DNA from: Thermoplasmata archaeon
GTDB lineage: Archaea; Thermoplasmatota; Thermoplasmata; Lutacidiplasmatales; UBA184
Reading direction: 5' to 3'
DNA: 64,000 nucleotides
Assembly: GCA_036404475.1 (NCBI GenBank)
Contig: DASWZL010000080.1
Span: forward strand, 4,811 to 68,810
Shown here: positions 52,703-60,869 of the stretch, piece by piece
Layout of the letters: every line of letters begins with the position of its first letter
How positions within the stretch are numbered: the first letter of the stretch is position 1
Notes under the pieces: model-generated
Databases searched by the model: none
What the model was told of the DNA's origin: nothing
The model's input: only the letters and a program-made list of their open reading frames with translations
Translations under genes and position numbers: made by a program

Positions 52703-53533
52703 ATGTCCTCTTCGCTCTCCCCGGCCATCGCGGGCCGCCCCGCTGACGAGGTCGTCGCACGGATCCGCGAAGGTGGCCGGGCGGTGGTCGCACTCTCCGG
52801 GGGCGTCGACTCCTCTACGGTCGCCGCGCTCGCGTTCTCGGCGCTGGGACCGGAGGCGGTCGCGGTCACCCTCATCGGCCCCGCGGTCTCCGGGGCCGAG
52901 GTGTCTCGAGCGGAGCGGGTGGCGGCGGCGATCGGAGTAGAGCACGTGCTACTGAGGGTGAACCCGCTCTCCCGTCCGGAGTACCGGGAGAATCGGTCGG
53001 ATCGTTGCTACTTCTGTCGGTCTGTGGAGACGATCGTCCTTCGCGAGTTCGGGGCCGCCCGATCGGCTGTCCAGTACCTGGACGGGGTGCATCGGGACGA
53101 CCTGACGGACGACCGACCCGGTCTCCGCGCGATGGACGAGGCCGGGTTTACCCATCCGCTCCTGTGGGCGGGGTGGGGCAAGGCCGAGATTCGAGCCGAG
53201 GCCCACCGTCGCGGTCTCCCGAACTGGGACCAGCCGTCGGACGCGTGCCTCGCCTCGCGCATCGCGCACGGTGACCCCGTCACGAACGAGCTGCTGGCGC
53301 GCATCGAAGCGGCCGAAGCAGTCCTGCTCGGTCTCGGGTTCCGCCGGGTCCGGGTACGCGTCCGGGGCGGAACGGCCCGGATCGAGGTCGCCTCCTCCGA
53401 GGTGTCCCGCCTCCGAGCGGAACCGCTCGCGAGCGAGGTGGCTCGCCAGGTCGCTCGCCTAGGTTTCACGAGCGTGACGGTCGACCCGCGAGGCTACCTC
53501 GGGGCCTCTCTCGAACTACCGACCGTTCCATGA
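52703..53533 (+). CDS. larE: PP-loop ATP pyrophosphatase, LarE-like sulfur transferase family (TIGR00268-like)
   Basis: 276 aa. PP-loop ALSGGVDSS and three Cys (RCYFCR and SDACLASR) are present. The stop overlaps the uvrB ATG by 4 nt. Confidence 0.72.
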   Translation: MSSSLSPAIAGRPADEVVARIREGGRAVVALSGGVDSSTVAALAFSALGPEAVAVTLIGPAVSGAEVSRAERVAAAIGVEHVLLRVNPLSRPEYRENRSDRCYFCRSVETIVLREFGAARSAVQYLDGVHRDDLTDDRPGLRAMDEAGFTHPLLWAGWGKAEIRAEAHRRGLPNWDQPSDACLASRIAHGDPVTNELLARIEAAEAVLLGLGFRRVRVRVRGGTARIEVASSEVSRLRAEPLASEVARQVARLGFTSVTVDPRGYLGASLELPTVP

Positions 53534-55578
53534 CCCGGAATCCCGGCGCCCGGAAGGGTTCGGACGCCCTGCCGGGACAGTTCCAACTCGAAACGGACCT
53601 CGTGCCCCAGGGCGACCAACCCGAGGCGATCGACGCCCTCGTGAAGCGGGTGGAGAAGGGAGAGAAGTTCGTCACCCTACTGGGCGTGACGGGCAGCGGC
53701 AAGACGTTCACGATGGCCCACGTGGTCGCGCGTCTCCAGCGTCCGACGCTGGTCATCAGCCCCAACAAGACGCTCGCGGCCCAGCTCGTGAGCGAGTTCC
53801 GGGCGCTCTTCCCGAAGAACGCGGTCGAGTACTTCGTCAGCTACTACGACTACTACCAGCCCGAGGCGTACGTTCCCCAGATCGACCTCTACATCGAGAA
53901 GGACGCTTCCATCAACGAGGAGATCGACCGGCTGCGGCACCGGGCGACCCAGGCGCTCCTCACGCGACGGGACGTCCTCATCGTCGCCTCGGTGAGCTGC
54001 ATCTACGGTCTCGGCTCCCCCGAGGATTATCGTGCCTCCGTCGTCGACCTCGCCGTCGGCCAGGAGATCTCCCGGCAGACCCTCCTCGAGCAGCTGGTCC
54101 GGATGAAGTACACCCGCAACGATATCGAACTGAAGCGGGGCCGCTTCCGCGTCCGCGGCGGGACGATCGATGTGATGGGCGCGGGCGAGACCGTCCATCG
54201 GGTGGTGCTCGATGGGAGCACCATCCGGGAGATTGTAGAGCTCGACCCCTTGACCCAGGAAGAGCGCCGGGAGCTCTCGGAGCTGGCCGTCTTTCCGGCG
54301 ACCCACTTCCTGACCGTGGACGAACGCCTTCGTGGGATCCTGAGCGAGATCGAGAAGGAGCGGGACGAGCGGGTGAAGGAGCTCCAGCGCGAGGAGAAGA
54401 TCGTCGAGGCTCAACGCCTCAAGGGACGGGTCGACTACGACCTCGAGATGATCCGAGAGACCGGCTACTGTTCGGGGGTCGAGAACTACGCCCGCTACTT
54501 CGCGGGGCGCCGCGCGGGCGAGCCTCCGTACACCCTCCTCGACTTCTTCCCGGACGACTTCCTCGCGTTCATCGACGAGTCCCACGTCACGATCCCGCAG
54601 ATCCAGGGAATGTACAAGGGCGACCGGAGCCGCAAGGACAACCTGGTCGAGTTCGGATGGCGCCTTCCCTCCGCCCGCGACAACCGTCCCCTCAAGTTCC
54701 CCGAGTTCCTGGCCCACGTCCCCCAAACGGTGTTCGTCTCGGCGACGCCCGGACCGTTCGAACGGAAGGCCTCGAAGGGCCTCGTCGAGCAGATCATCCG
54801 GCCCACGGGGTTGGTCGACCCCCCGATCGAGGTCCGACCGCTGAAGGGCCACATCGCCGACCTGATGGTCGAGCTCCGGGCGTGCATCGCACGTGGCGAC
54901 CGAGCGCTCGTGACCACCCTCACGAAGGCGACCAGCGAGGAGCTGGCGAACTACCTCGCCAACCAGGGGTTCCGGGTCCGCTACCTCCACTCCGAGGTCG
55001 AGACGATGAAGCGAGTCGAGATCCTCCGCGACCTTCGGCTGGGTGAGTTCGACGTGCTGGTCGGGATCAACCTCTTGCGCGAGGGGCTCGACCTCCCCGA
55101 GGTCAGTTTCGTCGCGATCCTGGACGCCGACAAGGAGGGGTACCTACGGAGCGAGACGTCCATCGTCCAGACCTCGGGGCGCGCGAGCCGCAACGTCGAC
55201 GGGAAGGTCGTCCTGTACGCTGACCGGGTCACGGGGTCGATGCAGCGCGCGATGGCCGAGATGGCGCGCCGTCGGGAGACCCAGGTCGAGTACAACCGCG
55301 TCCACGACATCGTGCCCGAATCCATCCGCAAGGAGGTGCGCTCGCTCCTCGCCCCCGAGGAGGAAGCCCCGTCCGGTGAGCTTTCCACGAGCGGGCTCGG
55401 ACGGTACTGGAAGGACAAGCTCCCGCTGCTCCTCACGAACCTCGAGGAGGAGATGCGCCTCGCCGCGGAGCGCCTCGACTTCGAAGAGGCGGCGCGCATC
55501 CGGGACCGCCTCCGGGAGGTCCGCCGGGCGAACCCGATGCCGCGCTCCTCCGCGCGAAAGGCCGGGGTGCCCTCCTAG
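53530..55578 (+). CDS. uvrB: Excinuclease ABC subunit B
   Basis: 682 aa. GVTGSGKTFT, beta-hairpin region YYDYYQPEAY, DESH, helicase motifs and the C-terminal UVR domain (FEEAARIRDRL) are present. Confidence 0.95.
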   Translation: MTRNPGARKGSDALPGQFQLETDLVPQGDQPEAIDALVKRVEKGEKFVTLLGVTGSGKTFTMAHVVARLQRPTLVISPNKTLAAQLVSEFRALFPKNAVEYFVSYYDYYQPEAYVPQIDLYIEKDASINEEIDRLRHRATQALLTRRDVLIVASVSCIYGLGSPEDYRASVVDLAVGQEISRQTLLEQLVRMKYTRNDIELKRGRFRVRGGTIDVMGAGETVHRVVLDGSTIREIVELDPLTQEERRELSELAVFPATHFLTVDERLRGILSEIEKERDERVKELQREEKIVEAQRLKGRVDYDLEMIRETGYCSGVENYARYFAGRRAGEPPYTLLDFFPDDFLAFIDESHVTIPQIQGMYKGDRSRKDNLVEFGWRLPSARDNRPLKFPEFLAHVPQTVFVSATPGPFERKASKGLVEQIIRPTGLVDPPIEVRPLKGHIADLMVELRACIARGDRALVTTLTKATSEELANYLANQGFRVRYLHSEVETMKRVEILRDLRLGEFDVLVGINLLREGLDLPEVSFVAILDADKEGYLRSETSIVQTSGRASRNVDGKVVLYADRVTGSMQRAMAEMARRRETQVEYNRVHDIVPESIRKEVRSLLAPEEEAPSGELSTSGLGRYWKDKLPLLLTNLEEEMRLAAERLDFEEAARIRDRLREVRRANPMPRSSARKAGVPS

Positions 55579-55609
55579 GCAAGGCCGTTTTCCCGAGCGG
55601 TAAAGACTG

Positions 55610-55616
55610 TTTTATC
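55610..55616 (+). promoter_or_regulatory. TATA-like box TTTTATC
   Basis: Centred 25 bp upstream of GTG 55638. Confidence 0.45.
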
Positions 55617-55637
55617 CGCCGGAAGTCTCCGCGCTCC

Positions 55638-56474
55638 GTGGTCGGCGTCCGCACTCCCGAGACGACGGGGCTGGCCGGGCTTCGGCGGGGCGGGACGGTC
55701 ACCGAGCTCCTCTTCCTGTACGAGTGCGCCACCCTCGAGCCGACCCAGCTGCGGCCGATCGCGGAGCGCCTCGGGCTCACGGTCCAGGCCGTGTCGCACT
55801 CCTACCGTCAGCTTCGCCGCCGCGGGCTCGTGACCGTCCGAGAGGGCCGGTACCGACCGACGGTCGAAGGAGTCGCCTGGCTCCACGAAACGCTCCGTCG
55901 CCTCGGGGACGACCTTCGGGAGCGGATCGAGCGGGTCCACGTCATCCGGTCGACCCGCGCTCTCGCGCTCGAGGACCTCGCGGAAGGGGCCGCTGTCTCC
56001 CTCGAGCTCCAGCACGGCCTGCTCTCCGCCCGCCCGGGCGGGGGAGGTCCCTCGCGAGGCCGGGTTCGCCAAGGCGGTCGGAAGGGCTCGCTCGTCGAGG
56101 TCTCGGACCTCGAGGGGATCGTTCCGCTCACACCGGCTCCGATCTCGGTGCGCACCCTCACCTCGAGCGACCTCGCCGACCGCCGCTTGGGGAACCGGGT
56201 CCGGGACAGCCTGCCCTCGGACCCTCTCGCGCTCGTCACCGCCGAGGGCCTCGAAGCCTACCATGCGCTCTCGAACGCCGGGGTCCGCTCGGTCCTCCGC
56301 TTCGCCGCCGGCACCGCCTGCCTCGAAGCCTCCCGGCTCGGTGTGCCGAGCTACATCCTCGTCCTCGAGAACGACCTTCCGTACCTCCTGGCTCAGTTCG
56401 CCGGCCCCTCCCCGCCCCCCCTCGAGGTCGCTCCCCTTCCCGGGGGGGGAAAACCGCGACGGCGCGGTCACTGA
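55638..56474 (+). CDS. Winged-helix (MarR-like) transcriptional regulator with uncharacterised C-terminal domain
   Basis: 278 aa. The N-terminal wHTH is ..LEPTQLRPIAERLGLTVQAVSHSYRQLRRRGLV... About 190 aa of unknown domain follow. Confidence 0.55.
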   Translation: MVGVRTPETTGLAGLRRGGTVTELLFLYECATLEPTQLRPIAERLGLTVQAVSHSYRQLRRRGLVTVREGRYRPTVEGVAWLHETLRRLGDDLRERIERVHVIRSTRALALEDLAEGAAVSLELQHGLLSARPGGGGPSRGRVRQGGRKGSLVEVSDLEGIVPLTPAPISVRTLTSSDLADRRLGNRVRDSLPSDPLALVTAEGLEAYHALSNAGVRSVLRFAAGTACLEASRLGVPSYILVLENDLPYLLAQFAGPSPPPLEVAPLPGGGKPRRRGH

Positions 56475-57769
56475 GAGGCCGAGGCGGCCGGTTCGGCGGC
56501 GAGGGCTTCGAGCATCTCGGCCGCCCCGGCGACCGGTCGGGCTCCGCCGCGACGGAGTTCCGCGAGGAGGGCGCGCGCCCGTCCCCCGGCAAAATCCCAT
56601 TCCTCGCCGGTCGGTCGGTCAACGAGGAGGATTGGAACGCGCCCGAGCAACCGTCGTACCTCCTCGAGGTTGGGCAGGTTGGAGGGCCCGACCGGGAACG
56701 GTGCGACCACGATGGCCGTCGCCGCCTCGAGGAGCGTGCGCAGTCGCTCCCGCACCTCGTCCCCGATCGGGGCGAACGGTACCTCGACGGCGGTGAGCGC
56801 GCCCAGGCTCTCCGCGGTCTCGAGGTCGGAGTCGAGGAGGTGCAGGGCCCCCGCGGTGACGCGATACCCCGCCTCGGAGAGAGCCCTCAGGTAGGGCGCC
56901 CCCGAGCCCCCGCCCCCGACGACATGGACCGGCCCCTTGCCGAGGAACGTTCCCGGCCCGGACGGCGCGGGCCGTACGAGATGGTGCGGGAGAAGGTACG
57001 GGGCGCCGGTCCGTGGGTCACGGCGAAGGTCCGCGACGACCCCCCATACCCGGGCGAGGAGCTCCTCGGAGAGGACGTCCGCCGGCACCCCGTCCGCAAC
57101 CCGCCGACCTCTGGAAAGCACGACGATCCGGTCGGAGAATCGGGCGGCCAGGTTGAGGTCGTGAAGGGCCGCGACGATCGTCACGCCCCGTTCGCCGGAG
57201 AGCTCGCGGACCCGGCTCAGGAGGTCGAGCTGGTGCGCGATGTCGAGATGGCTCGTCGGCTCGTCCAGCAGGACGAGGGGCGCCTCTTGGACGAGCGCCC
57301 GGGCCAGGATCGCCCGTTGCTTCTCCCCTCCGCTGACGGAGAGGATCCCGTCTCCCGCTCGCTCCTCAAGGCCCACCGCTCTCAGCGCCCGGACGGCCGC
57401 CTCCCGGTCCCGGGCCGTCTCGCCTTGGAGCCATCCGAGATGGGCATAGCGTCCGTAGAGCACATAGTCGAGGAGCGGCGCATCCTCCCGGGGATTCTCC
57501 TCTTGGGGGACCCACGCGACGCGTCGAGCTCGCTCCGCCACCGAGAGCCGAAGCACCTCGCTTCCGAACAGCTCGACCGAGCCCGCGTCGGGGGTCAGGA
57601 ACCCTAAGGCGGCCCGCAACAACGTGGTCTTTCCGGACCCGTTCGGTCCGGTGAGCGCGACGAACTGCCCCCGGGGAACCTCGAGGTTGACGTCCTGAAG
57701 CGCCGTCCGCTCGCCGAATCGGACGGTAACTCCCCGGAGCCGGAGGGCCGATCCCGTCGGCCCGGTCAT
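56468..57769 (-). CDS. Iron-siderophore/cobalamin-type ABC transporter ATPase (FepC/BtuD-like) fused to an extra ~170-aa C-terminal domain
   Basis: 433 aa from ATG 57769. GPNGSGKTT, VSGGEKQR and VLLDEPTSHLD are present. After about residue 260 there is a separate alpha/beta-looking region (GPVHVVGGGGSGAPYLRAL..IVVAPFPVG..). Confidence 0.85.
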   Translation of the reverse strand: MTGPTGSALRLRGVTVRFGERTALQDVNLEVPRGQFVALTGPNGSGKTTLLRAALGFLTPDAGSVELFGSEVLRLSVAERARRVAWVPQEENPREDAPLLDYVLYGRYAHLGWLQGETARDREAAVRALRAVGLEERAGDGILSVSGGEKQRAILARALVQEAPLVLLDEPTSHLDIAHQLDLLSRVRELSGERGVTIVAALHDLNLAARFSDRIVVLSRGRRVADGVPADVLSEELLARVWGVVADLRRDPRTGAPYLLPHHLVRPAPSGPGTFLGKGPVHVVGGGGSGAPYLRALSEAGYRVTAGALHLLDSDLETAESLGALTAVEVPFAPIGDEVRERLRTLLEAATAIVVAPFPVGPSNLPNLEEVRRLLGRVPILLVDRPTGEEWDFAGGRARALLAELRRGGARPVAGAAEMLEALAAEPAASASQ

Positions 57770-58869
57770 GGGGTTCCCATGGTCGAGGCCCCTCGCCGGC
57801 GAAAGAGAAGGTAGGCGAAGAACGGCGCTCCGGCGAACGACGTGAAGATCCCGATCGGCAACAGGGTCCCCGGAAAGGCGACCAGCGAGAGGTCCCGAGC
57901 GGTCAGCAGGAACCCTCCCCCGACGAGCGCGGCTCCGGGGAGGACGAGGCGATAGTCGTTGCCCGCGATCCGGCGGACCACGTGCGGAGAGACCAACCCA
58001 ACGAACCCGATGATCCCGGTGAACGCGACCGCGGCGGCCGTCGTGACCGAGGCGAGCAGAAGGAGGCGAACTCGCACCTTCCGGGAGTCGACCCCGAGGC
58101 TCTGGGCGACGTCCGGGCCGAGTTGGAGGAGATTCAGTTCCCGACCGTACGTCGCCAGGAGCGTTCCCGCGACCAGGACCACTCCGAAGGCGATCCCGTC
58201 CTGGGTCCAATCGAGGGAGCCCAGGTTGCCGAGCAGCCAGAAATCGACCTGGAGGCTCCCGGTCGGGCTGTAGAGGAGCAGCAGCGAGAGGACGGCGGAG
58301 AGGAAACTGGAGAGGGCGACCCCGGTGAGGAGGAGCGTCTCGACGGAACCGAAACGGCTGCGGGCCGCGACCAAGATCACCGCCCCGGTCGCGATCGCTC
58401 CGACGAACGCGAAGAGCGGTAGGAGGAGGTTCTGTTCACTTACCCCGATCCGGAAGACCACGACCACCGCGGCCCCGAGGGTGCCCCCCGACGAGATCCC
58501 GAGCAGGAAAGGGTCCGCGAGCGGGTTCCGGAACACGCCCTGGAGCGTACCGCCGGAGATCCCGAGACCGGCTCCGACCACGACCGCGAGCATCACCTCC
58601 GAGAGCCGAGCGTCCCAGACGATCTCGATGAGGCCCGAGCAGCCGCTGGCCGGGACGCTCGCCCCCGCGCACGGGTCGGAGAAGAGCGCCCCACCCGAGA
58701 CCTGATGGAGGAGGATCCTCAGCACGGTGTCGGGAGAGACCGACACGGTCCCGAGGATCGGCGAAAAGAAGACCCCGACCCCGAGGAGGGCGAGGAGGAG
58801 CCCGAGCACCCAGGGACGACGGCCGAGCCCTCTCGCGGTCCCGGTGGGAACCTCGGCCGTCGCTCCCAC
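57766..58869 (-). CDS. FecCD/BtuC-family ABC permease
   Basis: 367 aa with about 10 TM segments. ..NPLADPFLLGISSGG.. and ..LLLTGVALSSF.. are FecCD blocks. The stop overlaps the ATPase ATG by 4 nt. Confidence 0.85.
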   Translation of the reverse strand: MGATAEVPTGTARGLGRRPWVLGLLLALLGVGVFFSPILGTVSVSPDTVLRILLHQVSGGALFSDPCAGASVPASGCSGLIEIVWDARLSEVMLAVVVGAGLGISGGTLQGVFRNPLADPFLLGISSGGTLGAAVVVVFRIGVSEQNLLLPLFAFVGAIATGAVILVAARSRFGSVETLLLTGVALSSFLSAVLSLLLLYSPTGSLQVDFWLLGNLGSLDWTQDGIAFGVVLVAGTLLATYGRELNLLQLGPDVAQSLGVDSRKVRVRLLLLASVTTAAAVAFTGIIGFVGLVSPHVVRRIAGNDYRLVLPGAALVGGGFLLTARDLSLVAFPGTLLPIGIFTSFAGAPFFAYLLFRRRGASTMGTP

Positions 58870-58882
58870 GAGGTCGCTCCCG

Positions 58883-59914
58883 CTACGCGGAGGAGCCCGG
58901 GTGGAGGACCGCGATGAGCTGGGGAAGGCCTACCAGGATCATGGTCGGGTCGGGCTCGGTGAAGTAGTTCGAGTCCATGCCGACCGCATGGCCCCCCTGG
59001 GTCGTGATGAGCTGCGACCAGAACGGCCCTCCGGCGTAGGTCGATTCGTTGATCCCGAACCCGGTCCCGTAGACGAGGTACTCCGGGTTGCTCGCGAGGA
59101 CCTGCTCGCCTGAGAGCTCGGGGTAGGGAAGCGTGGCGTTCGCGGAGATGCTCGCACCGCTCGCCAGCTCGATCAGAGACTGACCGAACGTCCCGGGGCC
59201 GAACGTCCAGTAGCCGTTCCCGTCGGCGGAGTACGTCACGAGAACGGTGGGGAACGGCGTGCCGTTCGCGGTCAGGTTGTCCTGGAGCGAGGCTGCCCGG
59301 GAGAGGGCGGATTGGAGCGAGCTCACGAGCGAAGAAGAAGCCCCGGGGACCTCGAAGATCTCCCCTAGGAGCTGATCGTTCAGGATGACCCCGGTCAGGG
59401 TGGCGGGTTGGAGCATCACGACCGGGATGTGGTAGGTCTGGGTGATCTGTTCGACCGCCGCCACCGAGACGATCGTGGCCGCGAGAACCAGTTGCGGTCC
59501 GAGCGCGAGGAGCTGCTCCACGTCGAAGGTCGGCCCGGTCTCGACGCACATGGACGAGGAAAGGTTCCAGAGAGCGACCTGGTCGGCCGAATAGTCCGAC
59601 GACAGCCCCCCGAGGCTCGGGGCGTAGCAGTCGACCCCCACGACGTGGCTCCGCAGCCCGAGGCGATACATCGAGTCCATGATAGAAGGCCCGAGGACGA
59701 CCACCCGCGCCGGGTCGGCCGGCACGGTATCGTGACGACCGAGGTCGTCCGTGATGCTGAGCGGACCGGACGGGGACCCCGGTCGGAGGGCGTAGGAGGT
59801 GGCGATCCCGGCCACCGAGACGCCCGCGGCGACGATCACGCCTACCACGAACCAGGCGAGCGGGACCGTCCGTCGCACCGGCGGTGGCGTCGAAGAGGGG
59901 TCATGCAAATGCAT
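58883..59914 (-). CDS. ABC transporter periplasmic-type substrate-binding protein (FhuD/BtuF cluster)
   Basis: N-terminal TM anchor, followed by ..RVVVLGPSIMDSMYRLGL..VVGVD.. and ..YGTGFGI... ATG 59914 fits the TATA spacing. GTG 59926 is the longest-ORF alternative. Confidence 0.75.
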   Translation of the reverse strand: MHLHDPSSTPPPVRRTVPLAWFVVGVIVAAGVSVAGIATSYALRPGSPSGPLSITDDLGRHDTVPADPARVVVLGPSIMDSMYRLGLRSHVVGVDCYAPSLGGLSSDYSADQVALWNLSSSMCVETGPTFDVEQLLALGPQLVLAATIVSVAAVEQITQTYHIPVVMLQPATLTGVILNDQLLGEIFEVPGASSSLVSSLQSALSRAASLQDNLTANGTPFPTVLVTYSADGNGYWTFGPGTFGQSLIELASGASISANATLPYPELSGEQVLASNPEYLVYGTGFGINESTYAGGPFWSQLITTQGGHAVGMDSNYFTEPDPTMILVGLPQLIAVLHPGSSA

Positions 59915-59938
59915 TGGATTTGGCACAAAAGTGCTTTC

Positions 59939-59945
59939 AGATAAA
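59939..59945 (-). promoter_or_regulatory. TATA-like box (TTTATCT on minus strand) for the ABC operon
   Basis: Centred 28 bp upstream of the minus-strand ATG at 59914. Confidence 0.4.
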
Positions 59946-60042
59946 CATTTCGCCGGCGCGAACGCTCCCCGGTGGGGGAAGGGGGTCGGGGAACAGCTCG
60001 ACGAAAAAGGCTATCTCTCCTGAGGTTCCCGGCGTTCCCGGA

Positions 60043-60200
60043 GGGAGCATAGGCTAATCTGGCAGACCAGCGGGCTCCAGTCAGGGTGACCGAAGGTCGT
60101 CCTGGGATCAGGGTCTGCGGAGGGGCGATGAGCCCCCGTGACGAGTGACTGGAGCGCGCGGAGAGACCCGCATATCGGGGTTCAAATCCCCGTGCTCCCA
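60043..60200 (+). tRNA. tRNA-Trp (anticodon CCA) with 85-nt intron after position 37
   Basis: Acceptor GGGAGCA (60043-49) pairs 7/7 with UGCUCCC (60193-99). T arm: CGGGG-UUCAAAU-CCCCG (60176-92). Anticodon stem GCGGG (60070-74) pairs with CCCGC (60167-71). The loop CUCCAG/A forms only if 60081-60165 is removed. The D stem has one mismatch. CCA is not fully encoded (ACCT). Confidence 0.8.
60081..60165 (+). other. tRNA-Trp intron (85 nt), structured
   Basis: Exon CUCC (60075-78) can pair with intron GGAG (60160-63), flanked by 3-nt bulges AGU and AGA at the predicted cut sites (BHB-like). There is a 10-bp hairpin at 60082-60104. CUGGAGC (60149-55) is complementary to GCUCCAG (60074-80). Confidence 0.7.
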
Positions 60201-60405
60201 CCTCCCCCTCCAACCGGCGGGTGTCGATGGGCCGATGGCCCCGTCCGACGGTACCCCGCGGGGAGACCACGACCGCGACCCTTTCGCCGGCGGTCACCGA
60301 AGGAACAAAGCGAAGTATTCCGATGGCTGAACTGGGTGCCCCTCAAGTCCGAGCGGGAGGAAGGGAGGAAGCCGACCGAACGGAGTGGTCTGCGGACGCG
60401 AATCA

Positions 60406-60810
60406 ATGCCGCTGGAATACACCGGTGTCCGGGTGCGGGACCTCGCCCGAGCTGTACGGTTCTTCACGGAAGGGTTGGGTCTCAAGGTGGGCCTGTCCGG
60501 CCGCATGTCGGCGGGAGGTCTCTGGCAGGAGCTCTACGACCCGGAGACCAAGGCGATCCTCGAGCTCAACTACTACCCGGGAGACCCGCCCTATCGCCTC
60601 GGTGACGAGCTCGACCATCTCGGGTTTCGGGTCACCGAACTGGATGCCGTGGTCGAACGGCTGGTCACCCTGGGGGCGCGAGTCGAGATCCCGCCCTTCG
60701 AGGAGGGCGAGATGCGCCTCGTCTTCCTCTCGGACCCGGACGGGCTATGGGTAGAGCTCTACGAACGCCGTACCGGCGAAGAGCCCCCTACCTCCCGGCC
60801 CGGAAGCTGA
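60406..60810 (+). CDS. VOC-family protein (glyoxalase I-like)
   Basis: 134 aa from ATG 60406. ..YTGVRVRDLARAVRFFTEGLGLKV.. and ..HLGFRV.ELDAVVERL...G......P......R.VFL.DPDG..VEL.. are present. Confidence 0.75.
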   Translation: MPLEYTGVRVRDLARAVRFFTEGLGLKVGLSGRMSAGGLWQELYDPETKAILELNYYPGDPPYRLGDELDHLGFRVTELDAVVERLVTLGARVEIPPFEEGEMRLVFLSDPDGLWVELYERRTGEEPPTSRPGS

Positions 60811-60869
60811 CCGAGGCGCTCGAGCGACGGGAATAAGAAGCGGTCCTCTCCATGCCCCGCCGGTAATCC

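Noticed and set aside
60081-60165. Canonical box C/D sRNA inside the tRNA-Trp intron.
   Set aside because: There is only one near-box-C (GCGAUGA) and no CUGA. The GUGA candidates lie 1-7 nt from the C-like boxes instead of about 12 nt. The N+5 rule applied to the anticodon-complementary segment lands on CGCG. It is kept only as an open question in the findings.
59927-60405. Integrated mobile element or att site next to the tRNA gene (the region is lower in GC).
   Set aside because: There is no integrase, transposase or phage-like ORF on either side. By eye I saw no direct repeat of the tRNA 3' half elsewhere in the window. The flanking genes are ordinary (ABC operon, glyoxalase). The window was not searched exhaustively.
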